Assembly (NCBI GenBank): GCA_051294375.1
Contig: CM119265.1
Span: forward strand, 22,394,636 to 22,458,635
DNA from: Paraspadella gotoi
Taxonomy: Eukaryota; Animalia; Chaetognatha
DNA length: 64,000 nucleotides
Direction of reading: 5' to 3'
The notes under the pieces are model-generated. The model had not been told where the DNA came from and made no database searches. It saw nothing but the letters and a program-made list of their open reading frames with translations. The position numbers and the translations under genes were made by a program. Shown in pieces: positions 1 through 13,149 of this stretch; within the stretch, counting starts at the first letter, position 1, and every line of letters begins with the position of its first letter.

Positions 1-9
1 GTGTAAACA

Positions 10-66
10 AAGGCGGGAAATCTCGGGCGGAGTGGAATATAGGAGAAAGAGTGGGCGGGAAGGAGT

Positions 67-106
<40 letters not shown>

Positions 107-189
107 AGAGAGAGATGCGGGAGAAAAAGGAACAAAAGAATGGCGGAACAACGCTCGTTATTATCTGGATGTCTAGGAGAGAGAATGAG

Positions 190-237
<48 letters not shown>

Positions 238-262
238 CGAGGAACCAAAGATGGCGGCGGAG
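10..262 (+). promoter_or_regulatory. Promoter-like segment: GC boxes (GGGCGG at 25-30, 53-58), GAGA tracts, YY1-type AAGATGGCGGC at ~248-258
   Basis: Motif cluster only. Confidence 0.3.
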
Positions 263-1559
263 GTTTCCGTTGTTTGCAGTCTTATTAAGTTGTTTACTAA
301 CAAACGAGATTGGTTTTGCATTTCCATTTCCAGTCATGATCGAACGTTTTTCTAAAATATTTACGCCTTGCCGACGTGAAAGGAAATTTGAAACGTTTTC
401 GAATTTTCTTGGTTTGGCAATTGTCATAATCGTTTCCTATCACATTAGTTTACAAACGAATCAAATGCTGTTAAAATCACAGTTTATATATGTTCTCAAC
501 AATATTGGCCCTGGTTTGTTGCACGCGATCCTCACAAACCGAAGAACTCAGTTTTCGAATTCGCACGCGTGAAGCGGGGTCTCACCTACTCGTACTTGTA
601 TGCGATACCGCCAGAGCCAAAGATCGAAAATATGCGTGCTCACTGCACACTGTGCACAGTGCACTGTACACTGTGCAGTGGTCGGTAAATCATCGCGGCA
701 TCATCTTCTTCTATTCAGTTTAAGATGTTTCCTCGCCAACTCTCGCCAAGACTTGTACTGGGATCGCGAAATATCCTGGTCCCTCTCAGTTCTCACCCTC
801 CAAGCCGTGACTCTTCAGCATCACTTACCACTCTCGTATTTACTCTTCTTACCCTTCACTCTCTCCGACTCACATCCTCCAATTTTTCACTCTTTCCCGC
901 CAAAAAAAGAGAGAGAAATTTGAATATCGAATGTCTTTTCATGAATCCTCAGTTTTTCATATTTTTTTTTTTTCTCTCTTCAATTTTTTTCTCTTATTTT
1001 TTTCCCGTCGGTTTGCATTTCAAAAATTCCGCCGCCGGAATTTTTTTTTTCGTCTATTGGATCCACGAGGACGGGACCGCAGCGCCGCCGCCCCCGACGT
1101 CGCTTCTGCCGCTGTCTCCGACGCCGCCTCCGTCACTGCCGTCACAGCCGCCATTTCGCTGCTTCTTTTTACCAACGCCTTCCTCGCTCTCCGTGTGTTT
1201 GTGTGTGTGTCTCTCTCTCTCTCTGTTTTCATCTCGCTCTCAATCTNNNNNNNNNNGTGTTTGTGTGTGTGTGTGTCTCTATCTCTGTTTTCATCTCGCT
1301 CGCAATCTCCCTCGACTGATCGATTAACCCTTCATTTTCTCGATATTTCGATCCCCGCACTTTTCCGCCAATTCCCCGCTCTGTTCCTCTTGCATTCGCT
1401 TTACACCTCCTCACTCCATCTCTCTCTCTCTCTCTCGTTCTTCCTTCTCTTAACCCCGTCTCTTTATCCAACCTTCCCTTCCCCCCCCTCGCTCGCGGCC
1501 TTTTTTTTCTTCTCCCTTTCGTTCTATTTTCCTCGTCCCATTAAACATTTATGAATTAT

Positions 1560-2045
1560 TTGTTCGGTCCCTTCTTTTTCCCTTTCTTTTCCCTTCTTTT
1601 TCATTTCTTATTCCCTTCTTTTTCCTTTCTTATTCCCTTCTTTTTCCTTTCTTTTTCCCTTTTTTTCACTTTCTTTTCCCTTCTTTTTCCCTTCTTTTTC
1701 CATTCTTTTTCCCTTCTTTTTCCCTTATTTTTCCATTTTTTTCCTTTTTTTCCTTTCTTTTTCCCTTTCTTTTTCCCTTCTTTTTCTCTTCTTTTTCCTT
1801 TCTTTTTCCCTTCTTTTCCCTTATTTTTCCATTCTTTTTCCCTTCTTTTTCCCTTCTTTTTCCATTTTTTCCCTTATTTTTCCATTCTTTTTCCTTCTTT
1901 TCCCTTCTTTTCCCTTTTTTTCCCTTATTTTTCCATTCTTTTTTCCTTCTTTTCCCTTATTTTCCCCTTATTTTTCCATTCTTTTTCCATTCTTTTTTCT
2001 TCTTTTTCCCTTCTTTTTCCCTTTCTTTTCCATTCGTTTCCTTTC
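1560..2045. repeat. (TTTTTCCCTTC)n-like pyrimidine low-complexity tandem repeat
   Basis: Repeated tttttcccttc / ttttccatt units. Confidence 0.85.
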
Positions 2046-3143
2046 AATCCTAGAAATATTCCCTTATTTTATCTCCATCGTACGAATTCAATATTCTCCC
2101 TCTTTTCTTTTCTTTTCTTTTCTTTTCTTTTCTCTTTTCCTCATCTTTTTTTCCCATTGATTTCCTTTTTTTCTCTCTCTTTGCCACTTATTCCGACCAA
2201 TCATTCTCCTCATATATTAGATATCCGGCCAATGGTTTCCGTCGTGTCTGCTCAAACGATCTTCATACTTCACAAAATCCGGAGTGAGATCTTTCGCTCA
2301 ATTCAGCCTCTATTTATTTGTCTCTTTAGCTCCATGCATTAGTTTTTCATTGTTTTTTTTTTCATCTCTTCTTTTATTTTACTTTTCTTTATTTTCCATC
2401 CCTGGTCAACACCTAATATCCCTTAACTTACCCTCGAAGCTTACTTACCCTAAGAGTCTGCCTTCCCACTTTTCCATTCGGTTCTTCGAGGATTTACTTC
2501 CGTTTGTTTTCGTCTTTTGGAAGAAACTTTGGATTCGACGCAGAAAGCGAACTTGACGGGAGAGAGCAGAAGAGAGAGAGAGAGAAAGAGAGAGATGAGA
2601 GAGAGAGAGAGCAGAGAGAGAGAGAGGAGAGGAAGAGAGAGAGAGAGAGACTGGCCTCCCTCTATCCAAACTTTTTCTAGGACCAATCTCTATTCCCCAC
2701 ACTGTCGCTTTTCATCACGCCCCTTTTCCCAGATTTCTTTGTTCTTACTAAGTTCCTTCCTTCCTTCCTTCCTTCCTTCCTTCCTTCCTTCCTTCCTTCC
2801 TTCCTTCCTCCTGCATTCCCTTCTTTTTTCATGAATTTTAATTTCATTCCTTTTTTTTTGGTTCCACTCCGCCCCCCCTCCCCAAATAAACTCCTCAACA
2901 ACAACTTCCTTTTAAACAGCCTCCTGTACTCCCCCTCGCCCCTCCTTCCCATCCCGGGACGCGTCGTACCGTGACCGGAAGGACTCGATTCACTGACCCG
3001 CCCCGTCGCGCCCCCGGGTCGAACGAGGCTCACGCCCGTCACGGCCCGGTCGTTGAGGCTTTAGTCGCTCGACCCTGAGCCACGCCCACCGGTCGCCCGA
3101 AGGGATCAGCCCTTCTCTACTAATGCCCATCGTTCTTTGTTCG

Positions 3144-3212
3144 CTTTGGGCTCGATTCCAGTGATCTGTTCTTCATCCTTTGGGCTCGACTCATGTGATC
3201 TGTTCTTCAGCC
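3144..3212. repeat. 34-bp tandem duplication (ctttgggctcga...gtgatctgttcttca) x2
   Basis: Direct reading. Confidence 0.8.
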
Positions 3213-3593
3213 ATGCGATGGTCAATACGTAGTTTTAATTCGTCTCACAATTAAATCGTGAACAAAAATCCTTCACTCACTTTTCTACCTGCTGCGACTT
3301 ACTTTCGACCCTCGTTTTCCGTTCCCTCATACCTTACCACTTTTTCTCTCTTCTCACTAACTTACTCCAACCTTTCCAGCCCCTGGCTTGTCGTACGGAA
3401 TTCGATCCTTACCAACAAAAGGTCAGGAGCTCATTCCTTCCATCAAGAATCCTTTTCTCTCTCTCTCTTCCGAGCGAAAGATCAAAAAGGCAAGTTGCCA
3501 GCGGCAGGAAAAAAAATCCAGGGTAATGTCGCAAATATTTATTCGGCGCAATCGGAAAACTGATGCGTTGGGAGGGGAATTTATGACTCGAAA

Positions 3594-3645
3594 CAAAAAA
3601 ATGCGATGGGGGATTCGAACTCTCGACCTTACCTTTTGGGAGACA
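3594..3645 (-). mobile_element. Possible tRNA-derived SINE remnant (B-box-like GAGTTCGAATCC followed by oligo-T)
   Basis: Minus strand reads ggtcgagagttcgaatcccccatcgcattttttt; no A box or cloverleaf. Confidence 0.2.
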
Positions 3646-3826
3646 CCCTCTTGTTTTTGGACTGAAAAATTCGAAAAAAACAACGTGATATTTTTCGTTC
3701 AGTTTTGCTATTTTATCGTTTAAAAAAACTTATTCCATTGTACTTGTAAACTAAATATTTATTTTTCTCCCATCCTATTCCTCTACTAATATCTATAAAG
3801 CCTTGACATTATATTGCCATCCCTTA

Positions 3827-4268
3827 CTTTTCGCCATCTTGCCATTTTCCTCTTCGCTCTTTTCATAAATTTCTCCGTGATTTCCCCCGGGTGGAAGTCG
3901 ACTAGACCCAGGGGCCGTAGGTGGATGTCGCCTGGGCCCTTGGGATTTGGAAGGTCCTCTTTGGGAGAGTGGGAAGATATTGTGAAAGGGAAAATCTGTT
4001 GGTGGAATTTGAAATTGTGTGAAGTTGCCAAGCAATTCGGGCGAAAGTGAAAACTTTAACTTTGTGGAAGACGATGGGTCTGTTGTCTGTCAGTAGAGGT
4101 AGGTTTAACACCCTGACGAGCTTCCTTGTGTGATTCAGCAGGGAGCGAACCCGAGTCTCTTGGGTGGGGTAGAGCTCGTGCTACCTCCGGCGCCATCGGT
4201 GCTACTGATTCTCGGACGAGTAGCGGGGTTTTAAATACTTCTGTTTCAACTTGCAGTTTGAATTTCAT
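3827..4268 (-). CDS. Putative exon pair of an unidentified gene (4062-4268 and 3827-3958), frame ambiguous
   Basis: Repeat-free GC-richer blocks with gttaaa and gtaagg donors and an aag acceptor; no homology recognised. Confidence 0.2.
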
Positions 4269-6805
4269 GTGAACGAAAGAAAGTTAATGAGTTAGAAAAA
4301 TTTCTTTTTCAATTGAAATTATTGCCAAATAGTACAAAAATCTGTTAAAAGTGTTAAAAGGAATACAAGTGGAAGTGGTTTAAAAATTACAAATTTTAGT
4401 TAGATTTCTCACACCTTGAAAACAATGATGTCATCATATGACAAAACACTAGAAAAATTCCTCTTCAATTTATCAACCTACAAAGAATCAGGGCAGTAAA
4501 AAATCTCTCATGACTGAAATGCCATAAAACAGGGAAAAAAAATTTGAGTCCATAACTTTTAACGAACTCTGGGTCATTTATGCAGAAAAAAAGAAGAAAA
4601 CCTGAGACGCACATTTTTCCTTTGATCATTTCTGCCGTTTAATAAACGAAGACGAAGATTTAAGACACAAACCGGCAGTCGATCGTTTAGTTGTTGAAGA
4701 TATTAAATAATTTTCATATAAGTTATGTGAATTAATTTAGCTAATTTGTTGTCAAAAGATGTCGCTCGCAGAAATGGCGCTTTATTCGAACAGATATCAC
4801 GTTAATTGGCGACAGAAGATTATAAAGAAAGAATGGGAAAAGAGCGTGAGGGTGTGAACAAAAAGAAGAAAGAGGGTGTACCATTTCCAAGAGTTGGTGC
4901 GCCAGCGCGCGGCGGCGGCGGGACGTCGGCCGCTGCGTCGACGTGCGGGCGACGGCGGCGCTAAAAATGACGTAGGAAAAAAATATTATTGTGGAGGAGC
5001 AAAACGTGAACTGAATCACAATGCGGAGCCCTCAAGACCGAGAGAAGAAAAAAATATCGTGTGAACATTTTTCATCGTTGTGAATGAATACAGACGTGTA
5101 TTTTTTTTACAGATATTCCAGATAAGAAGCGACAAGTCTGATTTTTTTTTGTATATCTGGGAATTAATCTGAGGTTGGACGACGTATGGGGAGATTGGGT
5201 CGTGGTGGGGGGTGACGGGGGGGGTGAGTAACGCTGATTTATTGTCACAGAAGAATAGAAAAGTTTTAAGCTTTAGGAAATAATATTTAGAAAATGTTTT
5301 ATTAGCGAAAACGGAATTCGTATTGATATTTGTTGAGAGAGAGAGAGAAGAGATGTGAGAGATGAGAGAGAGAAGAGATCGAGAGAGAGAGAGAGCAGAA
5401 GAGAAGAGCAGATGAGAGAGAGAGAAATAACAGAGATTTGGCCTATCTGTCGACTTGGATAGCTCATTGATGGATTTTTGCCTTCTTGCTAATGGCAATA
5501 AATCCTTTTGTATTTTTATGTTTCGTGTCAATTTATAATCTCCTCGGGAATAAAAAAAATTGTTCTCCATATCGAATATCTCAGTCTTCTGAGCTTGTTG
5601 AGACGGATTCGCGCTGGCACGCGATGGACTCGATTGGAAACTACGAACATTTTATCTAAACTCATTTCAGTTATAAATATCTTTATTGTCATCTGTTCAT
5701 ACTTATAATGTTATTAATCTGTTTCCTTTTAGTGAAAAGAGTATCGTGCTTATAATAATAAATGATATGTGTCAGAATATACGGTTCTTGGTGTCCGCGG
5801 TCTTCCCTCATTCAAATGATTGTGTGCCTTTCTGTATCTCTCATCAGATCCATACAGTTAAGACTTTTAGACAATTCTGTCGACATGCGCCGTCCGCTCG
5901 CAGGCCCTGATTGGTGGTGCGCCGTTGGAGATCCCGATGCGGTTCCAGCTCCCCCTTGACGTGAGGCCACCCTTGCGCCCGCTGGGCTGATCCACATTAA
6001 AATCTCCTCCCAACAGTGGTTTGCATCCGTCCTACTGCCACGCTTTTGTGGGAGTACCCACCGTCGACAGTTGCACACGCTTACTTTTCCTCTGAAGCGT
6101 GCTTCGTTCCTCAATGCCTTTCGGCGTCTAAATTCTGAGGGCAGCTGTGGGATTGGGAGAGCTGTCGATCATCAGCAGGTCCTGTGTTTTGACTGATGCC
6201 TTTGTGTTCAGCGCTAGACTGTGAATGTTATTTGGTTCTTTTCATCTCAATATCATTTTTTCTCCGTGGATTTCGACCGAGCCTTGTCCTGGAGCCAGAT
6301 TCTGCTTGGCGCTTGGAGGACTTGTTGGCCTTTTTGGGGTGTCCTTGCCGGCAGGTTCCAAACGTTCGACGTTGAGAGACGGCAGGCCTTCTTGCGATTG
6401 CAGTAAACACTTTTGTCGCGTGGTATATCTGGATAAACTTTGACTACAGCCAACAGACGTCCCTTCTTAAGAAGTCGAAGAGGTTGGCTTGGGCCAGCCA
6501 TCCCCTCACGTTGGCCACGACTCCACCGCTCTATTTGCAAGTCCGCCTCTACATAGTAGCACGAGATAGCTTCCCGACATACCCCCATATTCCATTACAT
6601 ATTTTTCACTCCAAAGGTTTCTTGTGCGAACATCCTTGCGAGTCGATTTCACCCACTTTCCCCAAGGACAAGACAAGGGGTAGCGCTTGACTGGCCCCTG
6701 GCGGATCAGGACAACGGGATTTTACACGTCTGGAAGTTCCATGGACGATTGGCTGTTTTCAATTCGATTCTCTTCGATGCAAGAAGTTCTGAACCTATAT
6801 TTCTG

Positions 6806-7613
6806 ACACCGCTGTCATTTAATGAAACTGTTAATCAACATACGGACTTTTATATCTTTCTACAATCATTTTATAAAAACCATTTTACAACGTTTTATTT
6901 CTTACAATATTTTTCTTCCTTTGTGAACGCTTTTTAATCGACCTTCTCTCACAAAAATCTTTTGCTATCTCCTCAACAAAAACAAAAAATGGTCGGCAGA
7001 TGGTTTTCTTGCCGGAAAATCGAAAAAAAATCTTAAGTGTAAGAGTTGAAGTTAACATTTAATATTGATAATTTGATAATAATATATCATATATGAAATC
7101 TTGCAAAAATTACGTTTTTTCTTCTTTTTTTCGTAACCATTTTTTTTTATGTTCAATCCAAGTTTTATTCAAACTTTTTTTTATAAATCTCTCCCACGTC
7201 TTACTTTTTTCTCCGCCCCACTTCATTTTGCTTTTAATTTTTCTCCACCCATTTTCTTCTCCTTTTTCCATTTATCTATTTGTGGACCATTCCACATCCT
7301 CTCTTCTAATTATTGATTCACTATTGATTTTCATTTCTACGTAGGTTAATTCTCGCATTCCATTTTCCATTTCCAATTTCCCCCCAATTTCTCTTCTTCT
7401 TTGTCTCCATTTTCCAATCAATTCCAATCCTCTTCCATTTTTCTCCATTTTATTCCATTCGTCTCTCTCTCATTTTTTCCCATTTTCGTTCCATTTTTCG
7501 CCGCGAGTCCCGGTTCGGCGATTCTGGCCTTCCAGAATCGATGCCTTCTTTAAGATGATATGAACGATTTCATGGCAAATGAGGCCGTTTCGTCGTCGTT
7601 CGTCGTCGCCCCC

Positions 7614-7646
<33 letters not shown>

Positions 7647-10240
7647 CCTCCCGCATTGTTATGCCGCACCATTATTGTTCGTTCTTTGCCTCCGTCCTTT
7701 TCTATGTCGTTCGTCATAGTCGTCATTCGTCGTCTTCCTCGTCGCTCTTTTCACTCCGTCATTGTCATTCGGTTTTTTTTTTTCTCTTTTTCATCGTCTT
7801 TCGTTCTTCGTTCTAATTGTCACCGCTTTTTAAGAAATCAGGATGTTGGCTGTAGCGGACGGTCGTCGTCATCGTCGTCGTCCATCGTCGTCGTCATCGT
7901 CGTCGTCCTCGTTGTTAACAAACGAAAATCATAAAAAACGTCGCGTCATTTTATTTCTGTTGCCGTCAAACGATGGAAGACGAAGAGCGTAACCTTTTTT
8001 CTTTTCAAACATTCCTGAGCGAATTTGATCAAGTCAAGGTGGACTAAAGAGTCTCGTCGTCGTAACGTCGTCGTCGTCGCGTCATCGTCTTCACCCCGTC
8101 ACCTTTAATCTTTCTCCGTAAATCTCCGATCTCGACCAACATTTCGAACCAAGGCGCGAGTGGCCATTTCCGGCGTTAAAGAGGCGCGCACGTGTGAATG
8201 GCGCGCCAGTCTCGAACGCGCCATGCGCACCTTGACTTCTCCTTTCCTCTCCTCCTCTTTGAACCCTCTTTTCTCGACGCTTTCCCCTCCTTACCCGGGT
8301 GGGTCGCCTGAGTTAGGGGTGATAGATGGTTTTGGGGTGAGGCCAAGATTTAGGAAAAGACGTTTGGGAAGGGCGACGGGGCGCTTGAGAGAATGGTTGG
8401 CTACAAGAGAACAAGAGTATGTACGCGTTTACCGCCGGGCACTGGGCGCCGGGCACCGTACCAGAATTGGTCGGCGGATCTCGTATGCCATGAGGGTCGC
8501 CGACGCCGACGAAGCCAATCGCGGCGCGCCGCTGACTCGCGATAAATCGAACCCCATTAAGGACGCCGGGCGCCGGTTGAGATCGGTGACGCCGGCGGAG
8601 GACCGACGCCGATTCGTTTTCCCCTATCCGCCCCCTCCTCTTCTCCTTGGAGCCACCTAGCGGGGCATTTCGAGTTCCGTGATTATGTTTAAATAGTCGT
8701 CGATACGAGGGCGCCGAAGAGTCGGAAGGTGAGAGAAACGGAGGAAGAGGGGGAAAGTGCAGAAAAAGCGAATAGAGTCGTTTCGACGGTCGTCGTCCGT
8801 CGTCGGTCGTTCGCGTTAGCTCGCTCGTTCCGTTTCGTCGCGTCGTCGTCGTGAGGCTGTTTTTCCTATAAACTCCCCGATCCAATGTATATGGCCAATC
8901 GCTGTGCCTATTATAATGGTTAAAAGAAATGACTGGAGTAGTCTATGGTTGTCTCACCAAGTGACTTTCACAGCATTTTCGTGAGAATCGTCTACGACCT
9001 TGAGGATGGTGGCGAACTCTTGCAAACCTTTCTCTCTCTCTTGAACACAACACATTCTCTCCCTCTTGATTCGCATCCGCTCTCATGTTATTCCTTCCTT
9101 GCCATTTTTTGAATTCCACTCCCAGACTGTGATGAGTGTGTGTGTGCGTCCAAAAGGGTAGTAACATCCTCTCTCTTGNNNNNNNNNNNNNNNNNNNNNN
9201 NNNACACCGCTGTCATTTAATGAACTGTTTTTAATCAACATACGGACTTTTATATCTTTCTACAATCATTTTATAAAAACATTTTACAACGTTTTATTTC
9301 TACAAATTTTCTCCTTTGTGAACGTTTTTAATCGACCTTCTCTCACAAAAATCTTTGCTATCTCCTCCAACAAGTCGGCAGATGTTTCTGCCGAAATCGA
9401 AAAAAATCTTAATTAAGAGTTGAAGTTAACATTANNNNNNNNNNNNNNNNNNNNNNNNNNNNNNNNNNNNNNNNNNNNNNNNNNNNNNNNNNNNNNNNNN
9501 NNNNNNNNNNNNNNNNNNNNNNNNNNNNNNNNNNNNNNNNNNNNNNNNNNNNNNNNNNNNNNNNNNNNNNNNNNNNNNNNNNNNNNNNNNNNNNNNNNNN
9601 NNNNNNNNNNNNNNNNNNNNNNNNNNNNNNNNNNNNNNNNNNNNNNNNNNNNNNNNNNNNNNNNNNNNNNNNNNNNNNNNNNNNNNNNNNNNNNNNNNNN
9701 NNNNNNNNNNNNNNNNNNNNNNNNNNNNNNNNNNNNNNNNNNNNNNNNNNNNNNNNNNNNNNNNNNNNNNNNNNNNNNNNNNNNNNNNNNNNNNNNNNNN
9801 NNNNNNNNNNNNNNNNNNNNNNNNNNNNNNNNNNNNNNNNNNNNNNNNNNNNNNNNNNNNNNNNNNNNNNNNNNNNNNNNNNNNNNNNNNNNNNNNNNNN
9901 NNNNNNNNNNNNNNNNNNNNNNNNNNNNNNNNNNNNNNNNNNNNNNNNNNNNNNNNNNNNNNNNNNNNNNNNNNNNNNNNNNNNNNNNNNNNNNNNNNNN
10001 NNNNNNNNNNNNNNNNNNNNNNNNNNNNNNNNNNNNNNNNNNNNNNNNNNNNNNNNNNNNNNNNNNNNNNNNNNNNNNNNNNNNNNNNNNNNNNNNNNNN
10101 NNNNNNNNNNNNNNNNNNNNNNNNNNNNNNNNNNNNNNNNNNNNNNNNNNNNNNNNNNNNNNNNNNNNNNNNNNNNNNNNNNNNNNNNNNNNNNNNNNNN
10201 NNNNNNNNNNNNNNNNNNNNNNNNNNNNNNNNNNNNNNNN

Positions 10241-10275
<35 letters not shown>

Positions 10276-10477
10276 CCTCCGCATTGTATGGCCGCACCAT
10301 TATTGTCGTTCTTTGCCTCCGTCCTTTTTCTATGTCGTCGTCATAGTCGTCATCGTCGTCTTCCTCGTCGTCTTTTCACTCCGTCATTGTCATCGGGTTT
10401 TTTTTTTCTCTTTTCATCGTCTTCGTCTTCGTTCTTATTGTCACCGCTTTTTAAGAAATTCAGGATTTGGTGTAGGA

Positions 10478-10523
<46 letters not shown>

Positions 10524-11367
10524 CTTCGTTGTTACAACGAAATCCATAAAAACGTCGCGTCATTTATTTCTTTGCGTCAAACGATGGAAGACGAAGAGCG
10601 TAACCTTTTTCTTTTCAAACATCCTGAGCGCAATTGATCAAGTCAAGGTGGCTAAGAGTCTCGTCGTCGTCGTCGTCGTCGTCGTCATCGTCTTCACCGT
10701 CACCTTTATCTTTCTCCGTAAATCTCCGATCTCGACCAACGATTCGAACCAAGGCGCGAGTGGCCATTTTCCCGGCGTTAAAGGCGCGCACGTGTGAATG
10801 CGCGCCCAGTTCTCGAACGCGCCATCGCACCTTGACTTCTCCTTTCCTTCTCCTCCTCTTTGAACCCTCGTCTCGACGCTTTCCCCTCCTTACCCGGGTG
10901 GGGTCGCCTGGGTAGGGGTGATAGATGGTTTTGGGGTGAGGCCAGATTTAGGAAGACGTTGGGAGGGCGACGGGCGCTTGGAGAATGGTTGGGCTACAAG
11001 AGAACAAGAGTATGTACGCCGTACGCCGGGCACTGGGCGCCGGGCACCGTACCCAGGAATTGGTCGGCGGATCTCGTATGCATGAGGTCGCCGACGCCGA
11101 CGAAGCCAATCGCGGCGCGCCGCTTGACTCGCGATAAATCGACCCCATTAAGGACGCCGCGGCGCCGGTTGAGATCGGTGACGCCGGCGGAGGACGACGC
11201 CGATTCGTTTCCCCTATCGCCCCCTCCTCTTCTCCTTGGCCACCTAGCGGGCAATTTCGAGTCCGTGATTATCGTTTAATAGTCGTCGATACGAGTGGCG
11301 CGAGAGTCGAAGGTGAGAAACGGAGAAAGAGGGGAAAGTGAGAAAAGCGAATAGAGTCGTTTCGACG

Positions 11368-11405
<38 letters not shown>

Positions 11406-11465
11406 GAGGCGTTATAAACTCCGTTCCAATATGGACGCGTGGCTTATAGTTAAAAGAATGACTGG
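6806..11465. other. Tandem near-duplicate: 6806-~8940 (indel-rich) and 9204-~11465, separated by a 25-N gap; probable assembly artefact
   Basis: acaccgctgtcatttaatgaa at 6806 and 9204; 7600-8880 collinear with 10241-11430, differing mainly by single-base indels. Confidence 0.85.
10994..11279. CDS. GC-rich probable coding exon, strand and frame unresolved (noisy copy at ~8400-8690)
   Basis: Open frames on both strands (+: RSPTPTKPIAARRLTRDKSTPLRTPRRRLRSVTPAEDDADSF; -: RRAAIGFVGVGDLMHTRSADQF); coding-like GC3. Confidence 0.3.
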
Positions 11466-11770
11466 GATATGTTGCTCCGTTCAAAGATGTTCGAGAAACT
11501 TGACCTGAGGCTTACTGAAATTTATTTCCCGCCATCTGATTTTCGAATTGAATTTTCCACTCGAACAGATCGTGTATACGAAAGCCTTTATATTCACACT
11601 GCCTCACTTCCGATTTTATTCAGCCAATCCTAGAACAAGTCATCCCCTCAGTGAGTTCTATTCCATAGTGCAAGACTTACGCCAGCGTTGGCAAAGCGTG
11701 AGGGTAATATTGTAACCGCGCCAATGGTGTGGGTCGGCGTCGCCCACCGTGGGTCTCAAGGCCTCAACAG
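11450..11770 (-). CDS. Putative two terminal exons of an unidentified gene: 11681-11770 (VEALRPTVGDADPHHWRGYNITLTLCQRW) and 11450-11514 (LSLRSSFSNIFERSNISQSFF*)
   Basis: tctcag| ... |gtaagt 90-nt phase 1-1 exon, then a tttcag| acceptor in compatible phase; no recognised homology. Confidence 0.3.
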
Positions 11771-13026
11771 CTGAGATGCCTCACCATAGGCCACTAATCT
11801 CTCATTTTTCGCTTTCAACTTACTCTACTTTTTTTATAACCTCCTTTCGAAATTCTTGCTCCTTAATATATTACATTTTCTCTCTCCTCCCTTTTCCGCC
11901 CCCCCCACTCCCCGAACCCATACCGATTCACTTGCAGCATTCACCGCACGACCCTCGATTATCGAATTCGCATTTCACGGATCTCGATCCGGAAAGTCGG
12001 ACGACGCGACGAACCGATGGACGGACAGAGGGAGATCGGACGATTTTTTTGGATCCTTTCCCGATCCAATTATGATCCTTTTACGATCCCTTTACGATCC
12101 TTTTTGCGTCGGAGACTGGGTACGAAAAAGGGATGGCGGTTAATGGAGGGAGACTCGGGAACATGAAATTTGAAGGGCGAAAGAGGAGGAGGAGGAGGAG
12201 GAGGAATTTCACGGAACTTTCCAGGTTTCCAGGTTTCAATGATGAACCCATTTGACGGAGGGACCTTGGCGGAAGTTGAACTCGTCGGATCCATCGTAAA
12301 ACTACGACGACGATGGATTAAAAATATTATTATTTGTTTTCGTTTTCATTTTAAGTGATTTAATTTTTGTTTCTCTTTTTATCTTTTCAATTCCCTTTTT
12401 AAATCCTTAATATCATTTATTTCTTGCTCTTTTCTTTTCTTACTTTTTCTTACTTTTTTATTTCCTTTTCCTGTTTTAAAAAAAAACCTTTCGACTGACC
12501 GACCATGAAAGGTATCGTCTTCCTCTCGCCTATTTTTTCGCACCTCCAACGTGGGTGCATCCTGCCGCATCCATATCATTGTCTTCATCTTCATCTTTCA
12601 TCTTCATTCTCATCTTCATTCTTTGGCTCCGACTTCAACTTTTAATCTTTCCTCTTTTTTCTTTTCCTCTTCATCTGTTCTCCCTAGTTTTCTCTCTTGT
12701 TCCCTCTCTTCTTCTTCCTCCAGAGATCACGCCCTCTCTTCAAAAAAGAAACGCGCGTGGAATTCATCTCTCTCTTCTCTCTCTCTCTCTCATCTCTCTC
12801 TCGATCTCTCTCTCTCTCTCTTCTCTCTCCTCCTCTCTCTCTCTTCTCTCGTCTCTCTCACTCTCTCTACTCTCTTTATTTCTATCTCTCTCCTTTTCTC
12901 TCTCTCTCTTCTCTCTTTCTCTATTGTCTCTTTATCTCTCTCTCTCTCTCTGACGTGGCGGAAAAGCAAAAGAATTCAAGTGGAAGAAAGAAAGAAAGAA
13001 AAAAGATTGAAAGAAAGAAAGATTGA

Positions 13027-13093
<67 letters not shown>

Positions 13094-13149
13094 CGAAATA
13101 TCTCTCATCTCATCGATTTGCGCATTTCTTTTGCCCACCGCCTCCTGGG

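Noticed and set aside
641-680. Palindromic TGCAC/ACTGT cluster containing a metal-response-element core (TGCACAC)
   Set aside because: Short self-complementary low-complexity repeat with a single core match; nothing ties it to a gene
1195-1308. ~52-bp direct repeat
   Set aside because: Copies flank a 10-N gap; this is a contig-end overlap or allelic variant rather than a real repeat
1551-2342. 263-aa Phe-rich ORF
   Set aside because: Translation of a T/C low-complexity repeat that cannot contain stops
3594-3660. tRNA gene
   Set aside because: Only a B-box/T-arm-like segment; no A box, anticodon arm or acceptor stem
9409-10346. ~300-aa ORFs (also 22749-24212, 51697-52065)
   Set aside because: They run through N gaps
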